Positions 53,846 to 64,000 of a DNA stretch of 64,000 bases are shown in pieces. The stretch is from contig NC_057718.1 of assembly GCF_004010195.1 (NCBI RefSeq), forward strand, positions 65,225,811-65,289,810, written 5' to 3'. This DNA comes from Chiloscyllium plagiosum (taxonomy: Eukaryota). Every line of letters starts with the position of its first letter. Position 1 is the first letter of the stretch. The notes below the pieces were generated by a model. It was not told the DNA's origin. It saw only the letters and a program-made list of their open reading frames with translations, and did not search any database. The position numbers and the translations under genes are program-made.

Positions 53846-54184
53846 TCTATAATTTCTGTCCAACTTCATTTATATAAAGGAATAATTTATTGGTTACTAA
53901 TTATTGTACGACTTCAGCAAATATTACGATCCTAATGGGGAAACCTAAAGTTAAATATTCAAATTAACCAAATAAATTACCAGCAAGATTCAGTCTTTGT
54001 AACTTTTAACACAATTCTGAAACAATACAAACATTTTTGCTAACTCCAGCTACATTTCAATTGAAATCATTTCTTCACAAGTATGGAATGCATGCAGAGT
54101 CAATGTGCATATGCATCAAATGCTGGTCAAAGGTGATTTGCACAGTACTATTGCTGTTTTCAGATCTCATATTACCATCTCAAT

Positions 54185-55630
54185 GATGCAGAAGATGACC
54201 CTGAAGGTGGCTGCCAGTGGGAACACCCTCCATCCGCCCTCCAGCTTCACCATTGGAGGGAGCCAAGGTTACCTGACATACGCAGGGCAACCAAGAGGGT
54301 GCCGAACCTGTGGGAGGTCAGGGCACATGACAGCAGACTGCAAAGTGACCCTCTGCAGAAAATAAGAGGGACACCTGACTAAGGACTGCGAGGAGTCCAA
54401 GAGCTACAACCTGTGTGGGGAAGCAGGCCACCTGTACAAGGCCTGGCCAAGATGGGGTGCCATAGATACAAAAATGGCCAGATGTTGCAACCCAAGCAAT
54501 GGACACCAAAAGGACAGTAAGGAGCCACCCTCCAGCAGGGCTACTGGGTCAGCCAGAAGAAGGGCAAGGCTTGCAAGAAAAGAAAGCAGAACACTACAGA
54601 GGGGGGATCAGCTGACTCAACCTCCACCTGAGAATAAAATGTCAGTTGAGGAGGAGGAGCAGATGACTCAGACAAGTGGCAAGTGGTGAGAAGAAACCTC
54701 AAAAGAAGACCACTCGGGTCAGTAGCACAAGAGAAAGAGTCAGCTGCATAAAGGACATCATGCCCAGTCTTCCGACAATGAAAATATACAGGAGGGTGGC
54801 CAGAAAGAGAAACAAGAGGGAAAATTGGGGGCAAGGAGCTGAGCATCCCCCAGCCTAAAAACTCTGGACATTGCGAGGGACCCAGTGAAACCTCACCACC
54901 TGATGTCTGAAACCAGGAGGTAGTCAGCACACCGCAGCTACAGGCAACCAGGAACAGTGATGCTCTGAACCAGGAGCAGAGCACAACAGCTCTGTCGGAC
55001 TCAGAGCATGAGAGATAAAGGGATCTTCCTGGTTTCATCTTCACCCAATGACACCTGATTGGGACAACACACCCAGCAAGGAACTGGACAGCTATCTCAG
55101 CCCTGTGATGGTGCAACAGCACAGGATGCAGGAGCTCCCCCAGTGATAAGACAATGTGTGAACATTTATTGGACTATTGGACAGTATGATGATCTTAAAA
55201 TGTTAAAATGGATTTGAAAATTGCCAGCATAAACATATATAGTGCAAAAGCCACTGTGGAATGTGTTTCCATGCGGGCTTACCTGGCCACCAAAGCAGAC
55301 TTCCTGTTTCTACAGGAGTGCAGGATACCACACTCTAACAGCTACAAGAAATAGTTGAGCTTGTGAGCCCACAGACCGCCATTTGGTTAGGGGGTAAAGA
55401 TTGCCGTTCCTCCAGCCTCAGTATTCTACTCAAGGAAGCAACTTCACCACCTTCGAATTGTTTTATTCTTCCATGCAGACCTCCAAGGTCCATGCTCAAC
55501 ACTGTCCTCAGGAACCAGAATTCAACGCTGCAAGCCATGTCACACAATTGCCATGTGCAGAAGTTTGGAGTGGCTGTGCATGCAGCTCAGAGGGATCATT
55601 GATCCTGATGTGCCCATCGAGTCTGCACTG
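54185..55630 (+). mobile_element. Tx1-like (L1 clade) LINE remnant: ORF1 CCHC knuckles and start of ORF2 APE
   Basis: HPPSSFTIGGSQGYLTYAGQPRGCRTCGRSGHMTADC, GHLTKDC, NLCGEAGHLYKA; ORF2 MDLKIASIN...ADFLFLQEC from about 55208. Confidence 0.85.
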
Positions 55631-55639
55631 ACAACAAAC

Positions 55640-56960
55640 TATTCTAGTTTACAATCGTTACACTTTCCAGTACTTGCCCCATTGTCTTGAATGTCATGAA
55701 ATGTTCATTCAAGTACTTTTTAAAGATTGTGAGGTTTCCCACCTCAATTACCCTCCCAAGCAGTACATTCCAGATTCCCATCAACCTCTGAATGAAAAAA
55801 ACCTTTCCTCAAATCTCCTCTAAAACCTCTTGCCTTTCACACCCTTTATGGCACCTTGTTTTTGACATTTTGAGAGAAGGAACCGCTAATTTCTCTCCAC
55901 CATGTCCTTTGCTCCTCATAATCTTATACACCATTATCAGGTCCCCTTTCAGCCTTCTCTGCTCCACAGAAGACAACTTCAGCTTATCCAGCCTTTCCTC
56001 ATAGCTAACTGGCTCCATCTTAGGCAACACCCGTAGGAAAGATCTGATGACGGTCTTTTCACCTGCTCCAGTGCAATCACATCCTTGCCATGATGTGGTG
56101 ACCAGGACTGCACACAGTACTCCAGCACACAGTACTCCACACAGTGTGGTCAAATCAAAGGTCACTATAGATTCAACATAATTACCTTGCTCTTATCATC
56201 TATGCTATGATTGATAAAGGGATGTGTCCCGTATACCTTCAAAATTTATCTTATTAACATATCCTACTGCCTTCAGGGAACAATGAACAAACACTCCAAG
56301 ATTGCTCTGTTCCTCTGAGCTTTCTAGTGTCCTGCCATACATTGAGTACCTTTTTATCTTGTTAATTATTGAAAAGCGCATCATCTCAAACCTATCAGGG
56401 TTAAATTCCATCAGTCACCGATCTGTCATCTGGCCAATCTGTCTGTATCCTCTGGTAACCTAAGACCTTCTTCCTCACTCAGTTGCCTGCCCAATTTTTG
56501 TGTCACCTCTAAACTTACTTACCATCCCTCCCTGAAATTTTCTTCTATATCAATTATATATATATGCTATACTACACCTATACTGATTCCTGTGGTATGC
56601 TATTGAACACTGACTTCCAGTCTCCCAAACAGCATTTTACCACTACTTTCCATTTTCTACCATCAAGCTTGCCAAGTTACCATAGATCCCAGTATTTTTA
56701 CCTTCTTTATCAGTCTTTATTGTGGGATCTTGTCAAGTGCTTTGCTGAAACCCATATAAACTACATCAACGGCACTACCCTCATCTCCCCGATCACCTTC
56801 TTGAAAGTTCGATCAAACCTTTTCGGCATGATCTCCTGTCAAAGCCATGCTGACTATCTTTGATCAAATTTGCCTCTCCAAGTAGAGATTAATTCTCTCT
56901 TTCAATAGTTTATCTACCATAATGTGAGACTCACTGGTCTTTAATTCCCTAGTTTATCTT
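55640..56960 (-). mobile_element. CR1 LINE RT/3' fragment
   Basis: SYEERLDKLKL..EQRRLKGDLIMVYKIM; MEFNPD; rc of the MDFSKA-like segment. Confidence 0.85.
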
Positions 56961-56965
56961 AATTA

Positions 56966-59625
56966 TGTTTATGGTTCACTCGAACCATAAATAGAACACA
57001 AGGTAGATGGAGGGTAAACTTGAATAGGGAATACTTTATTGTGTGAACTCTCCACTCCGTGGTTGTTTTTAGACTACTTGTCTAGCTCCTAACTCAGGGT
57101 CACCTGACCTGCTCTCTTAAAGGAACAACACACATCCAACTACACACCTAACACCTCTCTCTCTTTATTTCAATATTCCACTTAACAAGAGACATATGCA
57201 ACAACTATAGCTATGATACAGGCTTTGTAGCTAACATGTGTACATTGTAAGGAATATACACAAAAACATGAAAAAAAAGACTTTTCCGTAGTTGACACTG
57301 ACATGATCAGTCTCATGAGTGATGGCCGATTCTTTGAAGACCATTTTCTTGTCTCAGGAAACGTTTCTAGTGCAGTCTCCCTGGCTTCTGGCAGCTCCTG
57401 TTTTTCTGCAGGTCCGCCCCTCTCTGACTGGTTGTTGTTGCCCTGTGGTACTGTTGTTGTCTCCTCTCTGGGTATGGTCAACCTTGGCTCAGAGTCACAT
57501 GACTTGGTTGAGATCACTGGTCCCATCTGGATAGGCTCGGTGTTCTGAGAGACCTGCCCCTTATGGTGAAATGCAACAATCTGCTGGTCCATATCCCTTC
57601 TCCAGACGAGTCCATCCCTAGTCTGTACCATATATGACAACAGTCCTGTTTGAGCCACCACCACTGCTGAGATCCACTTCTCCTCAGACATATAATCCTG
57701 GACCAACATAGTCTCTCCTCTTTGGAATACCCTCAACCATGAGGTTCTTGCCCTTCTGGCTATCTGTCCTTCTTTATTTTATTCTATCACCTTTCTGGTC
57801 TCTTCTGGCTGCAGAAAGTCAAGCATGGTTCTCAGCTGGCAGTTCAACATTAAGGATGCCGGCAAGCACTGGGTTGTTGATTATGGCATGTTCCTCTACA
57901 TGCAGAGGAACTTGTAGATTCACTATCTTAGTGACCCCTCCCCTTGTGAGGCCTTTAAGGCCTGCTTCAAGGTTTGTGCAGATCTTTCTGCCTGGCCATT
58001 TGTCACAGAAGCCAATCTCATGTCTAACTCTTGATTTTCGAGGTGCACATCAAATGTTTGCGCCACAAATTGTTAACAATTTGTTCGGGTTCCTAAACTT
58101 GGCAAATATTTTATCCAGTCAACCTATCATGCTTCTGCTTCTGCTTCATGACCGCCACTTTGGGCCATCGACAACCATTAGTAACATCTGTCCGACAAAA
58201 TCAATATGAATCTATTGTCACGGTGATTGAAGTTATTTCCATTGGTGCAAGGGCAACAATGGTGGCATCTTCCTTACTAATGTGCAGGATTTGCATGATC
58301 CCATTTTCTCCTCAATCTGGGAGTCCACTTTTTGCTACAAAATTTAGCTCCTGGCTATTTCTTTCATTCACATCATACCTGGATGCCCTTGATGCACTTT
58401 TTACAGCATCTTTCCTCTTAAAAGGGGAGGAATAACAACTCTTAATGCCCACATTAAACTCCTGCCCAATACAAACAGCTTCCATCTCCTGGACAGATAA
58501 GATAGTAATTCTGGGAGGTTACTGTGATAAATTCTTTCTCTCAGGACTATATCCACCACGAGGCTCAAGACTGGGTCATTAAGGGTAGTATTCCACACCT
58601 GACACGGGTAACTTGTCTTTCTGGGAAAAATATATATTTTTCAAGTTCCACTTGGGAACATCTTGAATTCCCAGTTGTAGTAACCTTGACAAAGCATCTG
58701 CATAGCTGTGTTTCTCTGTCTGTCAGTATATGATTTCAGTGTCCATTTCTCCATGGGTGCTGCTGTCATTGACAGTATTCCTTGAGACGAACCGGGAATG
58801 GAAGTTAGCGGTCCATGGTCAGTCAACAGCACAAAGTGCCTGCCATAAAAGAAATGGGTTAACTTTTTAACATCAAACAAGATGCTCAATCCTTCCGTTT
58901 CAACTTAAGCATACTTCTCCTCCATCTTTGTTGGTGACCTTAATGCAAACGTGCTGGCCCTTTCCACTCCTTTTGGCAAGATATGTGATGGTAAAGCATG
59001 GGTAAAGGTAAAGGTGGGGCATCGCACACCAACTGCAGTGGCAACTTTATCTGAATGATAAATTCTTGATCTCACAAGGAACTAAGGGCTATGGGGAGAT
59101 TGCAGGTAAGTGGAGTTGAAATGCTTATCAGCTATGATTGAATAGCGGAGTGGACTTAATGGGCCAAATGGCCTTACTTCTACTCCAATGTCTTACGGTC
59201 TTATGGTCTCTAGGCCGGCTGGTGTATGGTACCAGATGATCCTTCAAATTCCTAGAACAAGTCTCCCGCGTCAACCGAAGTTTAATATCTTATCCTTTCA
59301 TTTCCCCCAGCGTTCCATGAAGACCTCTTCAAAATCTATTGCAAACTCATTTTTGAATCTGCCAGCCTATTAACCACGTCCCAATTTAACTTTAATTTCT
59401 GACACCAGGAGCATCTAAGTAATGTAGGGCATTCACCTTTCACTACTTACAGAGGCAGTTTGGCACACTGGTCCCTTAACTGAACTTTATTAATACATAG
59501 CCCTTCAGTGACACCACTTGTTCCATGTATGTATGTTGTGTAACTTTTGCAGGCTCCAGTGGCAGTGCCTTTAACTTTTTCCTTTAGCTTGATTCAGGAA
59601 TCAGAGACACCACTGTCCCTGTATC
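56966..59625 (-). mobile_element. Gypsy LTR retrotransposon remnant: protease, RNase H, integrase, PPT, 3' LTR (56966-57153)
   Basis: DTGTVVSLIPE; FFYGRHFVLLTDHGPL; integrase C-terminus VVAQTGLLSYMV...WRRDMDQ; PPT aaagagagagagg then TG...CA LTR with aataaa. Confidence 0.85.
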
Positions 59626-59754
59626 TATATGGATGATAATGGAATAGTTTAGGTTAAATGGGCTTTAGATTGGTTTCACAGGTCAGTGCAACATCAAGGG
59701 CCAAAGGGCCTGTACTGTGCTGTAATGTTCTGTGTTCTATGTTTTATATTCTAT

Positions 59755-60830
59755 GTTCATCCCTTGAGAATGTGGTGGTGAGCAGCGTGCTTAACCACTG
59801 CTGTCCACAGGTGATAAGTACATTTTCAATGCTGTGTGGGGGTAGAAAATTCCATGAATTTGACCTGGTGACAGTGAAGGATTGTTGATACACTTCCATT
59901 TCCAGATGCTCTGCAGCTTGGAGGGGAGCTTGCAGGTGGAGGTGTTCTAATGCACCTGCTGTCCTTGTTCTTCTATTTGGTTAAGGTTGTGGGTGTGGAA
60001 GGTGCTGTTGAAGGATCTATTGTGAGTTCCTGCAGTACATTGCATGGATGCATTGCTACTTCTGAGCATGCTGGTGAAGACAATAAATGTTAAAGGTGGA
60101 GAATGTGGTGCCAATGTCCTGAATGGCGTTGGGCTTGTTGGGCATTGTTGAAACTGCATTCATTCAGGCAATTGGAGAGCATTCCATGTGAAGTTTACCT
60201 TGTAGTTGGTGGGCAGACTTTAGGGAGTCAGGAGGTAAGTTACTGGTTCTAGAATTCCCAGCCTGTACCCAAAGCCACAGTATTTAAATGGCTGGCCCAG
60301 TTCAATTTCTAGTCAATGGTAAACCTGAAAAATGATGATAATGGGTAATTCAATAATTGAATGTGAAGCGAAGTGATTAGATTCTCTCTTGTTGGAGATG
60401 GTGTTGCCTGGGACTTACATGATGTAAATGTCATTTTCAACTTATTCAACCAGGAAATGAAATTTGAATACAAGAGAAACTTGCAATCAAGCCTGCCTGT
60501 TGTCTAGGTCTGCCTCACTATCTGAGGAATTGTAAATGGTGCAGACCATTGTGCAATTGTAGAATTAGAGTCACAGAATTATTATGGTGCAGAAAGACAC
60601 CATCATGCCTGCACCGTAGTACTATTCTTATTCATCACTGAACAATCCCCACTTCTGATGTTATCATGGAACATTATTCATTGACAGAGCAGCTGAAAGT
60701 GGTTAGACCTTAGAGATTATCTTGAGTAACTCTTGCTGTGATGTCCCAGGACTGAGATGATTGCCTTCAAACAACCATAATGATCTTCCTTCGCTATAGG
60801 TATGACTCCAACCATTATACATGACAGTAA
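59755..60830 (-). mobile_element. CR1/L2-group LINE 3' fragment
   Basis: rc: acctgcaagctcccctccaag...ccttcactgtcaccaggtcaaattcatggaa; RT remnants near 60640-60810. Confidence 0.65.
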
Positions 60831-60987
60831 TTTGGTTTATCTCGTCTCAAAAAATGTCTGCTCCATTTTCTGCCTCAGTCATTTTTCTTTTTGCATGTAT
60901 CTCTGATTGATCTCCTGCTTGCTCGATCTTCTCTGCTCATAGCTCTCCTTTTTTTCTTCTGCTCTTCTATTTGTCTTCCAATGACAT

Positions 60988-61498
60988 TGACTTTGTATTT
61001 TAATTTCCTTCCTGTTGCTGCTTCTAGGTCAATGCTTACTAGTTCACATATACCTGTAGTTTTATGATCCAAGAAAATTACAATTTATTCTTTTACAGTT
61101 ACAAATGTACAAATTAAGAGCAGGAATAAATCATTCAGTGCCTTGATTTTTAAAAACCCACAAATTTCAACAAAACTAGCTAAACATTTTCAACTGATAT
61201 AAAAGACACTCCATCTTGTTCACAAAAGGCTTTTAGAGAAGGAAATCTGCCATTCAGAAGCTTTGTGAACAAGATGGAGTGTCTCTTATTATAGTTGAAA
61301 ATGTTTAACTTGCTTTGTTGAAATTTGTGATTTTTATTTAATCAAGGCACTGAATGATCGATTCCTGCTGTTAATTTGTACATTTGTAACTGTAAAAGAA
61401 TAAATTGTGATTTTCTTGGATCGTCACATTGGAGGTATATGTGAACTAGTGACATTGACCTGGAGCAGTCACAGGAAGGAAATTAAAATACAAAATCA
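60988..61498. repeat. Long imperfect inverted repeat (~240-bp arms, ~34-nt loop)
   Basis: 61081-61117 is the exact reverse complement of 61371-61407; other perfect blocks of 13-24 bp. Confidence 0.95.
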
Positions 61499-62220
61499 CA
61501 AGCTTATACATAAGACTGGACACAGTGGTCGACTTTTTCTTGAATGGCCTAGAGCGTCAATGAATTCAAATTCAATGAATAGCAATGCCCAAACCCCATA
61601 CAAGACTTAAAAAATGTGAACAGCGTAGATGGGAGCATAAAATTGCAAAGATATATAAATAAGTTAGAAAGTAAAAATAAAAATTAAAGTGGGCAAAAAT
61701 AAGACCAATGAGTTTCATTTTAGGCAACTGTGACATTATCCATATTTGGTGATGTTTAAATGGCAAAAATCTAAAAACAAATTAATTTCCAAAGAGGCTA
61801 GACATAATTGGTGAAGCATGCTTTGAGAGACGAGAGAGATAAGTAATTTGTTTCTCACCAGAATTGTAGGTGTGGCACTTGTAGATTGCTGGATTACTTC
61901 AACAGAACTATGATTGAATTTTAAAAGTCCTACTCTTCTGAGCTGACCTTTCTCTTTCATGGTATTTGAGATATTATTAGTTTCTGTTGCTGTGTTTTAA
62001 AATGTCATTTTGGAGAGTCTTATGGAGATCAAATTTGTGATGTCCATGTTAACTTTTGATGAATCACTGTTGCATAAACCAAAGTCAATTATGCCGGAGT
62101 TTCCTGAGGGAGTTCTTTATCTTTCCTGTTTATCTCAGAAGCTTTGAAATTCACACCTTTAAAGATCCATTGTGTTGTCCAAGGATAAATCAAACTCTAA
62201 ACAGTTAACATAAGCAATGT

Positions 62221-62533
62221 GGGCAGCACAGTGGCTCACAGCATCAGGGACCCGGGTTTGATTCCCACCTTGGGCAACTGTCTGTGTGCAGTTTGCACAT
62301 TGCCCCTGTGTCTGCTTGGGTTTCCTCCGGGTGCTCCGGTTTCCTGCCACAATCCAAAGATGTGCAGGTCAGGTGAATTGGCCATGCTAAATTGCCCATA
62401 GTGTTAGATGCGTTAGTCTGGGGTAAGGACAGGGGAATGGGTCTGGGTGGGTTACTCTTCAGAGGTTCGGTGTGGACTTGGTGGGCCGAAGGGCCTGTTT
62501 CCATGCTGTAGGGAATCTAATCTAATCTAATCT
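62221..62533 (+). mobile_element. HE1 SINE (V-SINE), near full length
   Basis: gggacccgggtttgattcc B-box, V-domain gggtttcctccgggtgctccggtttcct, (aatct)n tail. Confidence 0.92.
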
Positions 62534-62947
62534 TGTAAGTGTTGTGAACAATCAGATCTCCATATTTTAAAAAAAGAGTGCAGAGGCACTAGAAGAGGTA
62601 CAGAAAATATGTAGAATTGAGATGTTATACCTATCTGGAAAGATTGAACAGGTGTTTATTTCTCTGGAAAAAAATATAAAATCCCCTGGAAACGGTGGGG
62701 TGGGGGAGTGCAGGGGATGCTGCTGATGGAACTCTTTAAGATTACAGAAGGTTTGAAAAGGTAACTACAAAGGAGGTGCTTCCTCTGATGAGAGCAAACT
62801 CAGGAGCAACAAATATATGAAAATCATCAAGAAATCCAAGCTCAGGAAGAATGCATTTGTCCAAAGAGTGGTTAGAATGTGGAATTGCTATCATATGGAA
62901 TAGTTGAGGTAAATATCCAACCTTTGTTCAAGGGGAAGCTGGATAAA

Positions 62948-64000
62948 CATAGAACATAGAGCTGTATAGCACAGGAACAGGCCCTTCCACCGACCATGTC
63001 TGTACCAACCTTGATGCTATTCTAAAATAATCCCATCTGCCTGGACATGGTGAGTATCCTGAAGAAGGGCATGTGCCCGAAACGTCGAATCTTCTGTTCC
63101 CTAGATGCTGCCTGACCTGCTGTGCTGTTCCAGCAATAAAGTTTCAGCATCGTGAGTATCCCTCTAATTTGCCTGTTCATCTATCTGTCTAAGTGCCTCT
63201 CAAACATTGTTATCGTCTCTGTTTCTACTACCTTTCCAGCACAGCTACCACCACTCCCTCCCCCCCAACTCCCCTTTGTAGAAAACATTCCTCACACATT
63301 ACCTTTACATTTTTCCCATCTCGCCTTAAACCTATGCCCCTGACTATTTGACATTTCTACTCTGGGTAAAAGACCTTATCCATGCCTCTCATTATTTTAC
63401 ATACTTGATTGCTCCTCGCCCACCTACAGTCTAGTGAAGACAATCCAAGTTTGCCCAAACTCTCCTTATAGCAAATATAGTCCAATCCCATCAGACTCTG
63501 AGGACTTACCTACCTTCGTGTTTTTTTAAGGTACCAACACCTCCTCCATCTTAACATGCCTCAAAATATCAACATAGCCCTCCTGCCCTCCCTAATCATC
63601 CATGTCCTTCTCCTTGGTGAGTACTGATGTAAAGTATTCATTAAGGACAACACCCACTTCCTCTAGCTCCATGTATGAATTCCTTCCTTTGTCCTGTGTG
63701 GACCTAGCTTTCCCTAGCTACCCTCCTTCTCCTAATATATGTATAAAATGTCTTGGATTCTCCCGAATTATTCTTGCCTAGGACATTTCATGGCCTCTTC
63801 TCGCCCTCCTAATTTCTTGTTTAAGCTATTTTCTGATTCCTTTATACTCTTAAAAAGCCTTGTTTGATTTTTGTTTCCTGAACTTTCATGTGCTTCCTTT
63901 TCCTTTTGACTAACCTTTCATTATCTCTGTTCATCCAAGGTTCCGAGTATTGCCATGCTGACGTTTCATCCTCACAGGAACATGCCAGTCCTGGACTCTG
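62948..64000 (-). mobile_element. CR1 LINE 3' end and internal ORF2 remnants
   Basis: (acataga)n tail rc, acaggcccttc; ORF2 remnants run to the window end. Confidence 0.8.
63059..63151 (+). mobile_element. Short Penelope pLTR insertion starting at an intact hammerhead core (63059-63086), 10-bp TSD
   Basis: CUGAAGA-A-GGGC(AUGU)GCCC-GAAA-CG-UC; TSD gtgagtatcc at 63050-63059 and 63152-63161. Confidence 0.88.

Noticed and set aside
54105..54470. Host ZCCHC3-like zinc-knuckle gene
   Set aside because: Contains a stop and deletions and is followed by an APE ORF2, so it is Tx1 ORF1
56110..56146. Short tandem cacacagtactcca repeat
   Set aside because: Local slippage within a CR1 fragment
62221..62290. 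tRNA gene
   Set aside because: tRNA-derived head of an HE1 SINE with an internal deletion; no cloverleaf
1188..63343. Remaining 60-190 aa ORFs in the track
   Set aside because: Many rely on non-ATG starts, overlap repeats in off or antisense frames, and show no recognisable domains

Overview
Vertebrate genomic DNA, almost certainly a shark. The repeat families (HER1-like CR1 LINEs, HE1 V-SINEs, a DeuSINE, Penelope-like elements) point to an elasmobranch, possibly orectolobiform; this is an inference. The window is intronic or intergenic and mostly made of decayed mobile elements: many CR1 fragments, one near-full-length young CR1 nested in a Penelope nested in an older CR1, Gypsy LTR remnants, a Tx1 remnant, Harbinger transposase fossils and SINEs. 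I found no intact protein-coding gene, rRNA, tRNA or CRISPR array. Nearly all ORF-track entries are retroelement fragments or chance ORFs. The only host-gene hint is a candidate minus-strand 54-nt exon at 14063-14116 with upstream donors. Most notable: (1) minimal hammerhead-ribozyme motifs in Penelope termini, including three TSD-flanked hairpin insertions folded at the ribozyme core; (2) a ~510-bp inverted repeat at 60988-61498 with clustered mismatches; (3) a 352-bp locally templated insertion inside an HE1 SINE; (4) the monomer/splice-site 5' UTR of the young CR1. Family names come from recalled motifs, not database searches, and boundaries of old elements are approximate.
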